A stretch of DNA of 64,000 nucleotides, from the IMG/VR virus record IMGVR_UViG_3300032330_001398, one strand, 5' to 3'. Made by a program: the position numbers and the translations under genes. Below, piece after piece: positions 1 through 9,800 of the stretch. Numbering within the stretch: position 1 is the first letter of the stretch; each line of letters opens with the position of its first letter. The DNA comes from a virus (taxonomy: Duplodnaviria; Caudoviricetes). The notes under the pieces are model-generated. The model ran no database searches. It was not told the origin of the DNA and saw nothing but the letters and a program-made list of their open reading frames with translations.

Positions 1-522
1 ACCCTTAATAGCCAATTGTCCCTTAATCTTTCTACCGTCTGGAAAATCATACTCATAATGCGCCCAATCTTCATCAATTGGTATATCAAAATGTGGTTCT
101 GGAGCAACAACGTTTCTATATCGTGGATCAAACTGTCCATTATTATATCTTAATGTGTCCCAAACCAATCCCATACAAGTTTCTTTGTCGCCCTTCGTGA
201 AACCGTGAGAAGAATTTGATGTATAAAAGTCATAGCTTTTTCCTAAAAGATCTACTATAGTATGATCTTTTAATAAGTCAATTTTCTTAACTTCTACTTC
301 TCCAAGAGCATCATCTTTTATGTATAGAGTTTGTTTGCGAGGATTATCTTGGTTATATTTTTTTAATCCGGCAAGACTTTCCATTACCTTGTGTACAATA
401 GTACCAAGTTCTGCCTTTTTACCGCTTGATGGTTGATGCCCCAAAACATATGTAATAAAATACTGCATTTGGCAGTATGAGTAGTTGTTATAGCTTGATG
501 ATCGTATGTATGTTATTAGCAT
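1..522 (-). CDS. PD-(D/E)XK (Cas4/RecB-like) nuclease, runs off the window edge
   Basis: Not in the ORF track. Read by hand from ATG at 522: MLITYIRSSSYNNYSYCQMQYF...AELGTIVHKVME...EPHFDIPI...LAIKG, typical of the phage PDDEXK_1 N-terminus. Confidence 0.75.
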   Translation of the reverse strand, partial: MLITYIRSSSYNNYSYCQMQYFITYVLGHQPSSGKKAELGTIVHKVMESLAGLKKYNQDNPRKQTLYIKDDALGEVEVKKIDLLKDHTIVDLLGKSYDFYTSNSSHGFTKGDKETCMGLVWDTLRYNNGQFDPRYRNVVAPEPHFDIPIDEDWAHYEYDFPDGRKIKGQLAIKG

Positions 523-523
523 A

Positions 524-1264
524 TTAGTTCCAATACTGTTTGAGATTTTCTACACTGCTACACAAATCCTCAATAGAAGCATTGGAATTATCAATAACAC
601 TGTCGAATAAAGACCAATCAAAGTTGTTTTCGTCTAGAGCGGTTTCACAGTCAATCTTACTATCATGAACGTTCCTAGTCAACCTAATAACTTTACCGCC
701 AGCTTCTTTTATTGCGTTAACTTCATTTGGAAATCTAACGTCTGGAATAACGGCTATTTCAGAATTCTCTCTGACTATATTGTTCATGGTAGCTTCGACC
801 CAAGCATTTGGTTTTATTTTTCGCACTATTTTTGTGCCGAAGTATTCCAAAAACTCTCTATTGGTAATAGTACCAGTTTTCTTTTCTTTTGTTGGAACAT
901 TTTCCCAAAGAAGTTCGGTTTCCTTGTTTTTGTCATCATCTGTTCCATAAACATTTTGAGGATTTAATCCAAATAGATGAATGGAAATATTTTTTAGTAG
1001 ATCAGCAAAATGATACGTTTTGATATAGGGCCATAGTTCTCTATTAGCATACTCAACAAATTTATCATCTTTTCTGGTTATATCAAATATACCAAATCCC
1101 TCAGTTCCGTTCTCGTCAGTGGTCTTAATAGCCAATTGTCCATCTTCATTGATAAAGAAATCTTGTATCATCTGCTTATTTAACAATATAGAGCCATTTA
1201 TGTAATTAGCAACAGTATTTTTACCAGATTGCTTTTTACCAGATATTCCAATAATTTTAACCAT
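524..1264 (-). CDS. Deoxynucleoside monophosphate kinase
   Basis: IIGISGKKQSGK P-loop, FAD.LK, DVRFPNE motif of T4 gp1-like kinases. Confidence 0.88.
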   Translation of the reverse strand: MVKIIGISGKKQSGKNTVANYINGSILLNKQMIQDFFINEDGQLAIKTTDENGTEGFGIFDITRKDDKFVEYANRELWPYIKTYHFADLLKNISIHLFGLNPQNVYGTDDDKNKETELLWENVPTKEKKTGTITNREFLEYFGTKIVRKIKPNAWVEATMNNIVRENSEIAVIPDVRFPNEVNAIKEAGGKVIRLTRNVHDSKIDCETALDENNFDWSLFDSVIDNSNASIEDLCSSVENLKQYWN

Positions 1265-2283
1265 TAATACGTTCCTTTAACTTGTGGTAGTATCTTCTTT
1301 TCAATTTGATCGATAGACATTTCGCCAATATCTTTAGATGGTAATTTGGGAAATGTTAACTTGAAAGACCTTCCAAGCTGTCTTTGTATTTGTGTTTTTG
1401 ATTCTCTTCCAGCTTGATCATTATCAGTCAATATTATAAGATGTGTTATTGGCATCTTTAATAATTTGTCTTCCTGTTCTTTTGTGATTGTTTTTCCCAA
1501 TATCCCAACAACGTTTTCTATTCCAGCTTCATATAATCTCCAGACATCGCCCTGTCCTTCTACTAAAAATAAGCAACCGATTGATGATGCTTTTTTAATA
1601 GCTCTATGGTGATTGTAAAAAAAATATCTTTTGTCAAAACCTTTTGGATTGAATAGAAATTTTGGTAATTTATAGTCTTTTATTGATCTTCCTATTAGGG
1701 AAACTAGTTTGCTTCCATCGTCGTTGTGTATCGGTATGATTGCTCTATCATAGAGCTTTGATTTGGGATTAACACAGTCTCCAACTCCAAAATATTCCAA
1801 AGTTTCTTTTTTGAAACCCCTTGATATAAAATATGGTGATGGAATTTTGATATCACATTCTGCATTTATTTCATTATGTTCTTTTTGCTGTATAGATGAG
1901 TTTAGTAGTGACACAAGCTCTACGAATTCATTTGGTTCTTCTATAGCCTGTTTATGCTGCACCTTGCCGCGTTTTAAATCTAATAGGTCGCAGGACCACT
2001 TTAAAGCCTCTTTAAAACCAACATCAACCCCTTCGCTACTTGATAAAGCTCCTCGTATTATACCGAAAATATCATTATTGTACTGATGCTGACAATCCCT
2101 AGTCCAACATTTCCATATTCCCTTATCTATAGAATATGAGAATGCTCTTGGATTATCACTTCCTTCATGTACTGGACATTTTGAGTAGATATTGTCTCCT
2201 AGTATCTCGTACTCCATATCCAATTTTTTAAAGACTATCTCAGCTTTACTGTTCAAGAGAATCTTGAGTTTGTGTAAGTCCAT
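1264..2283 (-). CDS. dnaG: DNA primase (CHC2 zinc finger + TOPRIM)
   Basis: CPVH...WKCW..C zinc finger; LVEGQGDV and DNDQAG TOPRIM motifs. Confidence 0.92.
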   Translation of the reverse strand: MDLHKLKILLNSKAEIVFKKLDMEYEILGDNIYSKCPVHEGSDNPRAFSYSIDKGIWKCWTRDCQHQYNNDIFGIIRGALSSSEGVDVGFKEALKWSCDLLDLKRGKVQHKQAIEEPNEFVELVSLLNSSIQQKEHNEINAECDIKIPSPYFISRGFKKETLEYFGVGDCVNPKSKLYDRAIIPIHNDDGSKLVSLIGRSIKDYKLPKFLFNPKGFDKRYFFYNHHRAIKKASSIGCLFLVEGQGDVWRLYEAGIENVVGILGKTITKEQEDKLLKMPITHLIILTDNDQAGRESKTQIQRQLGRSFKLTFPKLPSKDIGEMSIDQIEKKILPQVKGTY

Positions 2284-3727
2284 CTTGTATTCTTATCTTT
2301 ATAAGTGATTCGTTGTCAGCCAAGCCCGTATCGCCAGTTGGTTGATTCTTAAATTCGTTACGTGTTTTTAATTCTCTCAGTTTAGCATGTGACCCATTCA
2401 TTACCATGTTGATATAATCTCCATCATCTAAACCGGCACCATGTCTTGAAACAATTGGTACAAGTTTTCTATTACCAGCATTTGGACCATCTTCTGCCAA
2501 TTCTTCTGGAGATTTGATTTTAAATATAGAGAATGATGTACATAGCCAGATCAATCTATCTGAACCAGAAACAGCGTCCGTACTTTCTTTAGTTATACCG
2601 TCGCGGTTCAACTGTACAAATGATAAACATGGAATATCAAGTTTGACACATAGATTATGCAGCGAAGTAATTTGAAAACCAAGAGCTTGATATTCTTGTA
2701 TATTATTAGTGATAGAATTGGATGACATTAGTTTTAAATAGTCATATATAATCAGACAATCATTAGTTTTATTGTATTCGTCAGTCTTAACCTCTTGAAT
2801 CACCCATCTCTTAATTAGATTTAGTATTTGTTCAAACGGTTTTCCAGCAACGCTAATGTAAGAGTATGGAATAGATTCTAGAACCTTCATGGCATCTATT
2901 ACTTTTTCATTCTTTTCATCATCATCTATAAACCTTCCAGTAGCAATATCATTAATAGGAACACCGCTGATATTAGCTAACAATCTATTTAAATGATCCT
3001 CTTTGCTCATTTCTGTATCAAGCATTAGTACTGGAGTTCCCGCTTTTGCTACATTAAGGGCGACATTATCAGCAAATACCGACTTTCCAACTTTTGGTCT
3101 TGCAGAAACAAGATCCACGCACTTACGTCGCAAACCACCACCAATGGCTTCATCGTACTTGCTGAATCCAGTGGGAATACCGATAATATCACATTTGTTT
3201 TCTTGTAAGAATTGGATGTATTCATTGATATCTTTACCTATTTTTTGCGGAACATCTCCACCATCATCTTCTCTTAAAAATTCTGTTACGGGATTCTCTA
3301 ATATTTGTATAATATCGTTGATAGACTCAGACCCCGTTACATTATCCATATCTTTATGGACTTTTGCTGTTAATAGTTTAATCTTACGAGCAAATTCAAA
3401 CTTCTTGATTTGTAATGCGAAGTTTACAATATTATCTTTATTTACTGGGAAATCGAATAAAGATTTGATATACTTTAACTCTTGAGTTGTATTTATACTC
3501 TCAGACAAATCCAACTGAGATGCTGCTGATAGAATTGAGGGAATATCAACTTTTTGATCACTAACAATAATACGTTCTATGCACTTATATAGTATTTGAT
3601 TATTAGTATGACCAAATGTTTCATGGTTAATCAAATGAGATATAGCAACATATGAATCAACCCCATACTGTAGCAGCGAAGCTAAAACAGCACGTTCTGA
3701 ACCAATATCTGTAAGTTTAACATCCAT
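2246..3727 (-). CDS. dnaB: Replicative DNA helicase
   Basis: ERAVL N-terminus, GIPTGF, ARPKVGKS Walker A, IIYDYLKL, QLNR. Likely start MDVKL at 3727. Confidence 0.93.
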   Translation of the reverse strand: MDVKLTDIGSERAVLASLLQYGVDSYVAISHLINHETFGHTNNQILYKCIERIIVSDQKVDIPSILSAASQLDLSESINTTQELKYIKSLFDFPVNKDNIVNFALQIKKFEFARKIKLLTAKVHKDMDNVTGSESINDIIQILENPVTEFLREDDGGDVPQKIGKDINEYIQFLQENKCDIIGIPTGFSKYDEAIGGGLRRKCVDLVSARPKVGKSVFADNVALNVAKAGTPVLMLDTEMSKEDHLNRLLANISGVPINDIATGRFIDDDEKNEKVIDAMKVLESIPYSYISVAGKPFEQILNLIKRWVIQEVKTDEYNKTNDCLIIYDYLKLMSSNSITNNIQEYQALGFQITSLHNLCVKLDIPCLSFVQLNRDGITKESTDAVSGSDRLIWLCTSFSIFKIKSPEELAEDGPNAGNRKLVPIVSRHGAGLDDGDYINMVMNGSHAKLRELKTRNEFKNQPTGDTGLADNESLIKIRIQDGLTQTQDSLEQ

Positions 3728-3729
3728 AT

Positions 3730-4176
3730 TTATTTTCCAACACATCTATTACAACGATGGTACTCTCCAAATACAAACCTTTGATCAGCCTTAAATGATC
3801 GTCCACACACATGACATTCTACATCAATTTTCTTTGGTGCTTCACGCTTTCTTGGGCTGGGTGTTAGATCATAATCTGGAGAATTTACATCTCTAAATTC
3901 ACCCGTATCTTTCCACTCATTCTTTCTAGCTCTCACTGGTTCTTTTCTCCTATTTTGAGAATCTTTTGATTCTGCTCTTGTTACTGTAAAATCATGATCC
4001 ACAACAATTTGTGGAGGCTCCTTTGGCAAGTCTTTTTTAATATTCTTAGTTTTTGACTTGATTATTTTCTTGTCTTTATCTGGAGGGCTTTGTGACTCTA
4101 CAGAACTCAATAAAGCCCCAGCTAATTGTTTCTTTTGCTCATCAGTTAGTGAGTTAAAAAAATTATTTAGGTCCAT
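3730..4176 (-). CDS. Hypothetical protein with C-terminal zinc ribbon
   Basis: CHVC...CNRC; tightly coupled within the operon. Confidence 0.65.
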   Translation of the reverse strand: MDLNNFFNSLTDEQKKQLAGALLSSVESQSPPDKDKKIIKSKTKNIKKDLPKEPPQIVVDHDFTVTRAESKDSQNRRKEPVRARKNEWKDTGEFRDVNSPDYDLTPSPRKREAPKKIDVECHVCGRSFKADQRFVFGEYHRCNRCVGK

Positions 4177-4652
4177 TATAACCTCTTAGCCTTTTCTAGT
4201 AGTATGTCTGCTTTACGTTTTAGTTCATATACTTTTCCATCCAAAGCTTGTAGTCTAGCTTCTGCAACTTCACGCATTTTATCTACTGACGCTGCATAGT
4301 TATTATCTTTAATAATGATCTGTCTTTTAACTTCATGCTTAGTATATTGACCAAACTCATCATTATGTGCAACAACTAGTTTTTCTAATTGATCATTACA
4401 CCAATTGAAAGCTATTTTGTTTTTATTGATTTCATCTTGGATATATGTTGAATAAGCATATAGTGTATAAGCTGCATCAAAAGCTTCCTGCTGTGTTAGC
4501 TTCTTTAAATCATCCAAGGATAAATTAGCAGTTAATAGGTATTCCTCTCTAAATGAAGAAAACTTTGTATTACTAAGATCAATGTAAGATGCAATTTGAC
4601 TTATATGTTCTGATAACTTGTCAGATGCCTTTAATGCGTTCTCTCCACTCAT
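4176..4652 (-). CDS. Helical hypothetical protein (possibly a UvsY-like recombination mediator)
   Basis: Coiled-coil-like sequence between recA and dnaB; function inferred from context only. Confidence 0.5.
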   Translation of the reverse strand: MSGENALKASDKLSEHISQIASYIDLSNTKFSSFREEYLLTANLSLDDLKKLTQQEAFDAAYTLYAYSTYIQDEINKNKIAFNWCNDQLEKLVVAHNDEFGQYTKHEVKRQIIIKDNNYAASVDKMREVAEARLQALDGKVYELKRKADILLEKAKRL

Positions 4653-5043
4653 GGTCACTTTCTGAAAATTTGAGGATAACAATGTCAATATCGTTCAACT
4701 GGCACCACTCTATTTTATCTTCATCGCGGGCTTTTGCCTTTAAAAAATCGGCTTTGCTTTTATGAAAAAATGGAAAGTATTCATAATGCTGTTCACCGTG
4801 AACTTCAAAAGCTCTTTTAATTGATGGAATATAAAAGTCAAGATAAAGAACCGATTTTCTATTTAAAGCTGTACTTCCCGGTAATTTAACTTCTTCAAGA
4901 ATTCTATAGCTATGATAGATTTCTTTTAATAAGTTCCTAGCACGAATATGATATCTTGATCGTTTGCGTGAGTCATCGTAAAAAATATCATACTTCGTAA
5001 GATTCCAAACGTATTCCTTACCATTAATACCTTTTACTTTCAA
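4621..5043 (-). CDS. Vsr/DUF559-like PD-(D/E)XK endonuclease
   Basis: LYLDFYIP..AFEVHGEQHY...RDEDKIEWC motif. Confidence 0.75.
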   Translation of the reverse strand: MKVKGINGKEYVWNLTKYDIFYDDSRKRSRYHIRARNLLKEIYHSYRILEEVKLPGSTALNRKSVLYLDFYIPSIKRAFEVHGEQHYEYFPFFHKSKADFLKAKARDEDKIEWCQLNDIDIVILKFSESDHEWRERIKGI

Positions 5044-6143
5044 TGTAGCTCCTTGATCTTTTCATAGATGAATGATGCTATTTTGGGATTGTTATTTAGG
5101 AAATCGGCAACAGCATTTACACCTTGGAATTTAAAAAACCTTTCAATGTCCTCATTAGTTTTACCAATCTTATTATCCTCAAGAATTTGCACAATGGTTG
5201 GATGATTTGGTTCGTCAACAGCGGATTGAATTGTATACCAAGCTCCAGCGGCCTTAATTAACCTAAATTCACAAGCAATGTGAATAATTTCTTGAACCTC
5301 ATCAATACCAATTCCATATTTAATCCAACTTTCTGCTGTGCTATTTGGTCTACCGCCAGCACAAGAAGTTTTAATAGCCCAGTTTGCAATCTGACCAACG
5401 TGCGGTCCAGTATCTTTAGGAACTTGCCACTTACCTCTATGGGTAATAACCATATTGGTTCCAGCTTGATATTGCAACATATTACCACAGTCTGCCATTT
5501 TCTGCGGAGCATATGGAGAACCGCCAGTATTAGCAATATTATGAGTAATACAAACGAGAATAGTCTTATTCTTCATAAGAGTGCCGCTGATTCTCTTAAA
5601 AAACATAGATAGAAGTCGTGGTAGAGCATTTCTAACACCAGTTCTAACTTCGCCTTCAAGTTCAACTGCTGGCACCATGTTGGACAAAGAATCTGCTATA
5701 ATAAGACAACCGGGATCGTTGTTAATATAACTCTCAATGATGTTTAAAAAATCTTCTGCTGATAGAACTCTTTCATCTGTTGATTCAATAATCAAAATAT
5801 TGTCAGCATTAAGATTTTTAATACCAATGAAGTTTTGCTTTGATAATCTTCCCTCTGTATTTACGTAGATCACTCTTTTATTTTTCTGTTGACATTTAGC
5901 TGCAAAATGTAGTGCCGTAGTTGTCTTTCCGCTCTTTGGGTCGCCGGTCATAACAACAACGGAACCTTCTCGTAGACCGCCACCTAGAGCAATATCCAAT
6001 GCTGGAGACACGCCAATAACATTGAGATTATTGATATTCTCTAAAACCTCTGTTCCACTTCTAACAACATCTCCATATTTATTAACAATATTGTTGCTCA
6101 CCAAATCTTCTGTAAACTTACTCGACTTTTTTACTTTGCTCAT
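5040..6143 (-). CDS. recA: RecA/UvsX-like recombinase
   Basis: LDIALGGG, GDPKSGKTT Walker A, IIADS, AGAWY. Confidence 0.92.
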   Translation of the reverse strand: MSKVKKSSKFTEDLVSNNIVNKYGDVVRSGTEVLENINNLNVIGVSPALDIALGGGLREGSVVVMTGDPKSGKTTTALHFAAKCQQKNKRVIYVNTEGRLSKQNFIGIKNLNADNILIIESTDERVLSAEDFLNIIESYINNDPGCLIIADSLSNMVPAVELEGEVRTGVRNALPRLLSMFFKRISGTLMKNKTILVCITHNIANTGGSPYAPQKMADCGNMLQYQAGTNMVITHRGKWQVPKDTGPHVGQIANWAIKTSCAGGRPNSTAESWIKYGIGIDEVQEIIHIACEFRLIKAAGAWYTIQSAVDEPNHPTIVQILEDNKIGKTNEDIERFFKFQGVNAVADFLNNNPKIASFIYEKIKELH

Positions 6144-6664
6144 AGATTCCTCAATTGACTAATGGTTGGTTTCTTACCTGTATTATAGCTCTGAGTCGCT
6201 CTGGTTTCAAGTTTTTTTTCTTCAACTCGTTGCTCAAGATCAACTATTACTTTATTTTTCTTATCGTCTATTATCTTTTGATGTTTGGCTATTACTTTTT
6301 CAGCTTCTGGATTTATTTTATACCCTCTTCCATTTTGGATTCCGATAACTAATAGTCTATCAAAATCCTTTGATTTGATAGCTGATAATATAGCTTCTTC
6401 GCTATATTTCTTTTTAAGCTGAACTGCTGCGCCGTGTTGCTTTTTCCAAAGCCAATGCAAAGGATCACCCTTTGTCCAAAATTTGTAAGATGGCTTACCT
6501 TCGTTTAACTTTTCGGATCTTCTCAATACTATAAATTCAGCAACGTAAGCTTCAAAAGTACAATGTTCACCAGTATGTATATGTTTGTATTTATGTGTTT
6601 CTGACCATTCTTTTTGGTAATCTTTATTGAATAGCTCTGGTTTGTTTGGTTTCTTCTTTGTCAT
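6140..6664 (-). CDS. Hypothetical protein
   Basis: 174-aa ORF overlapping its neighbours in the operon. Confidence 0.6.
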   Translation of the reverse strand: MTKKKPNKPELFNKDYQKEWSETHKYKHIHTGEHCTFEAYVAEFIVLRRSEKLNEGKPSYKFWTKGDPLHWLWKKQHGAAVQLKKKYSEEAILSAIKSKDFDRLLVIGIQNGRGYKINPEAEKVIAKHQKIIDDKKNKVIVDLEQRVEEKKLETRATQSYNTGKKPTISQLRNL

Positions 6665-7070
6665 ATAATATCAATGCTTCCATAAAACATTTGTCAATCG
6701 GATCTTCATCTTTTAAATCTTCAATTAGTTCTGGAGTAATCCACATTGTTTTTTTTACAATGTCTCCATATACTTTACCTATAGTTATAGCTTGTTTAGT
6801 ACTCTCCCCAAAGGTGCCTTTTAGTGACCTAACCAAGTATACACCATCAACATTACTGGTGTCAACTTCAACATAGTGTGATTTATACTGTAATCCCAGC
6901 TTATTGACTTTTAATTTTTTTGAGTCACAAATTTTTTTTAATTCCATCCAACTATTATGATTTGGTAGATAATATTCTATATCATTAGATAATGACACTC
7001 TTATCCATATATTGTATTTATTTTTACGATATTCTTCAAGCCATTGATCATGAGATGTTATAAAATTCAT
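6624..7070 (-). CDS. Hypothetical protein
   Basis: 148-aa ORF in the operon. Confidence 0.6.
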   Translation of the reverse strand: MNFITSHDQWLEEYRKNKYNIWIRVSLSNDIEYYLPNHNSWMELKKICDSKKLKVNKLGLQYKSHYVEVDTSNVDGVYLVRSLKGTFGESTKQAITIGKVYGDIVKKTMWITPELIEDLKDEDPIDKCFMEALILYDKEETKQTRAIQ

Positions 7071-7071
7071 A

Positions 7072-7707
7072 TTATCTAATCACTTTATTTTGTAGGGCAT
7101 CTTTCAAATATTTTATTCGTTCTTCTCTTGGATAAATACTACATGGGTGATAAACTAAATGGCCACTTTTCCAATTATTTCCCGGTGGCCCCCATATTTC
7201 TGAACTTGCTGGTAAATTCCACTCCACAGAATTAAATGATCCTACAGGAGCGATAGTTAACATATTGTCGAGCGCATTGGAATTAATACCAAGCCAACTC
7301 TGCCATTGTGCTGGCAAATCTTTCCACTGTTCTTTATAAATAGATATCAATTGTAATAAAGTTTTAGTTTGAAGTGTATTTTTCATTACTATTGATCCAC
7401 AATTTATTTTATTCCAATATACCATTCCTTCTTCACAAACTGTAACATGGTCGCCAAGACATGGTAAAGTATGAATTGATATATTCATATTTGTTATAAT
7501 AGCATCGGCATCCAAAGCCCAAACAATATCATATTCATCAAATAAATGAATCAAAGCATGTGGACGATTAACAGCGTCCTCATATTTTTGGTTTTTTATT
7601 ATTAAAGAATAATCATGTTTTAAACAATACTCTAGTTTATTTTGAGTTGTTAGTTCCGCTATTTCTGATATATTTGAAGAAATACTAGTAAATAATGCTA
7701 ATTTCAT
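7072..7707 (-). CDS. Glycosyltransferase, GT34/MNN10-like
   Basis: YCLKHDY, WALDADAII (DxD), INCG, W.SG..V.H. Confidence 0.72.
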   Translation of the reverse strand: MKLALFTSISSNISEIAELTTQNKLEYCLKHDYSLIIKNQKYEDAVNRPHALIHLFDEYDIVWALDADAIITNMNISIHTLPCLGDHVTVCEEGMVYWNKINCGSIVMKNTLQTKTLLQLISIYKEQWKDLPAQWQSWLGINSNALDNMLTIAPVGSFNSVEWNLPASSEIWGPPGNNWKSGHLVYHPCSIYPREERIKYLKDALQNKVIR

Positions 7708-7708
7708 G

Positions 7709-8005
7709 CTATTGTTTTATTTTGGTTACACAAGACATAGTTTTTGTTGGTAATGGAGATCTCTTTCTTTTTTCATCAATCATTGAAGAAGCATTTTCTG
7801 TCATAACCGTTGTTCCATGCTGTCTAGCAAATTGCTCACTAGTTAAGGTTTTCTTGTTTTTTAAAGCTTTTGCTATGTAGCTTTCTACTGAGGATTGAGG
7901 TCTATTCAAATCTACAGCAATAGATTCTACACTTGTGCCAAGTTTAACTTGAGCATCGACATAAAAAGTTTCAACTTTGCTTAGTGGTCCTTTTTTATTA
8001 GCCAT
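7709..8005 (-). CDS. Hypothetical protein (possible HTH)
   Basis: SIAVDLNRPQSSVESY is HTH-like. Confidence 0.55.
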   Translation of the reverse strand: MANKKGPLSKVETFYVDAQVKLGTSVESIAVDLNRPQSSVESYIAKALKNKKTLTSEQFARQHGTTVMTENASSMIDEKRKRSPLPTKTMSCVTKIKQ

Positions 8006-8333
8006 TGATAAAACTCCTTTGAGCCTTTGTCATATATAATTTATTACGTGTTTTTAAATAAGTAACATAGCTTTCAAATGTTTCTTTAGATACATTTTTA
8101 AGTTCTGTTCTTAAATATGTTTCCCTGTGTGAATATGGCCCATTAGGATCATATGGAACATTATTATGTGTTCGTACAAAATATTTGATCTGGTTTGTGT
8201 CTCCTAGATCAATAACGACAGATTTTGCGAAAGCTTTCTTTTCATCTTGAATGTCTTGTCCGGTTCTATCAACCATAGAAGTTTCAGATGGTTTTACAAA
8301 ATCTTCTTTTTTAAATTGTTCAACAAATTTCAT
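7998..8333 (-). CDS. Hypothetical protein
   Basis: 111-aa coupled ORF. Confidence 0.6.
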   Translation of the reverse strand: MKFVEQFKKEDFVKPSETSMVDRTGQDIQDEKKAFAKSVVIDLGDTNQIKYFVRTHNNVPYDPNGPYSHRETYLRTELKNVSKETFESYVTYLKTRNKLYMTKAQRSFING

Positions 8334-8692
8334 TTCTTGCCTTCCATAATATATTTCTTTTTCTGAGCGGGAGTCATCTTATTAATTTCTTTGCTCGTTG
8401 CTGGCGTGTCAGAACCGAAGGAAGAAAAGTAAGGAGTTTCCTTCTCACTCTTCTCCTTCGCTTCTGTTTCGATTTCCGACCTTTTATAATGGCCCATATT
8501 GGACCAATTTCTATCACCTAACTGTCCTAACGTTTTAACGTCTTTTACTAAGGTCGCTATCCCACCATATATTACCCGCTGTAGACCATCTTTTCCACAT
8601 CTTGGACATGTAATTAGAGCATCGTCTTTAATGGATTGTTGAACATCACGTAGTTCACCTCCACATTTCTCGCAAATATAATCGTACAACAT
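8330..8692 (-). CDS. FmdB-family zinc-ribbon protein
   Basis: YDYICEKCG...CPRCG...LQRVI. Confidence 0.8.
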   Translation of the reverse strand: MLYDYICEKCGGELRDVQQSIKDDALITCPRCGKDGLQRVIYGGIATLVKDVKTLGQLGDRNWSNMGHYKRSEIETEAKEKSEKETPYFSSFGSDTPATSKEINKMTPAQKKKYIMEGKK

Positions 8693-8701
8693 GTATTTTC
8701 C

Positions 8702-9400
8702 TTATGATTCTAAAGCCATTAAGACCCTTCCTATTATACCATTTCTCTGGATATCTTGGTAATCTAAAGTACAAATTCCTATACCTTGCAATCCGGCAAG
8801 TCTTTCGAGACAGTAATATAATCCACTATCTCTATATAGGTCAGTTTGTTTAGTATCACCATTAATAATTACCTTTGAATTCTCGCCCATTCTTGTAATA
8901 AACATCTTGATTTGGTCAAGAGTACAATTCTGAGCTTCGTCAAGAATCATATAGGCATTATGGAAGGTTGCCCCTCTCATGGTTTCTAATGGTTCAAAAC
9001 GAATTCTTCTAGTATTATAATATAATCCAAATTTATCTCTTCCTAAGAAATATTTGAGATTTTCCTCCATTGGAGCTAGATAAGGTTTAATTTTATCATT
9101 TAATTCTCCCGGTAATGATCCAATATCTTTACCAGTACATACTAAAGGTCTAGTAACAATGATAGAGTCAATCTTATCTTTCTGAATATGATCAGAAGCT
9201 ATACCAGCAGCTATAAAAGACTTGCCAGTACCAGACGGTCCAGTGCAGAACGTAACATCGTTTTCTATAATAGATCTGATGTAATCTTTTTGATTCTCCG
9301 TTTTGGCGACAAGAACATTGGTTTGAGAAGTTTTTTGCTTCTTACGATTTTCTTTGTTGGTATTCTTCGATTTGTCGAATTTATTTGCCGCTGCTGCCAA
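8702..9400 (-). CDS. phoH: PhoH-family ATPase
   Basis: GPSGTGKS, GSLPG, MRGATF, ILDEAQN, TRMGENSK, GD.KQ.D. Confidence 0.95.
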   Translation of the reverse strand: MAAAANKFDKSKNTNKENRKKQKTSQTNVLVAKTENQKDYIRSIIENDVTFCTGPSGTGKSFIAAGIASDHIQKDKIDSIIVTRPLVCTGKDIGSLPGELNDKIKPYLAPMEENLKYFLGRDKFGLYYNTRRIRFEPLETMRGATFHNAYMILDEAQNCTLDQIKMFITRMGENSKVIINGDTKQTDLYRDSGLYYCLERLAGLQGIGICTLDYQDIQRNGIIGRVLMALES

Positions 9401-9800
9401 AGCCGTTGTCTCCTCGTTGCGAGGAACCTAGCCCTTCTTGATTAATCATCATGACGCGAGGAACCTCTTGGAATATAATCTGCGCGATTCTATCCCCATG
9501 ATTTATTGATACATTTTCATCTGATGTATTGTATAAACAAACCATGATTTCTCCTCTATAACCAGAGTCTATAACTCCAGCTAACACATCTATCCCTTGT
9601 TTAACAGATAATCCAGATCGTGGCCAGATTAAACCGACCATATTTTCTGGAATCTCAAGTGCTATCCCCGTTTTGACAGTTTTTCGTTGTTTAGATGGAA
9701 TTACAGTATCTACAGTTGAGTATAAATCCCATCCAGCATCATTTTCATTTGCTTTAGTTGGTACTGTGGCACCTACATCTAACAATTTAACATTAATCAT
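9381..9800 (-). CDS. dut: Trimeric dUTPase
   Basis: AGWDL, PRSGLS, GVIDSGYRGE, GDRIAQ, RGDNGFGSSG. Confidence 0.96.
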   Translation of the reverse strand: MINVKLLDVGATVPTKANENDAGWDLYSTVDTVIPSKQRKTVKTGIALEIPENMVGLIWPRSGLSVKQGIDVLAGVIDSGYRGEIMVCLYNTSDENVSINHGDRIAQIIFQEVPRVMMINQEGLGSSQRGDNGFGSSGK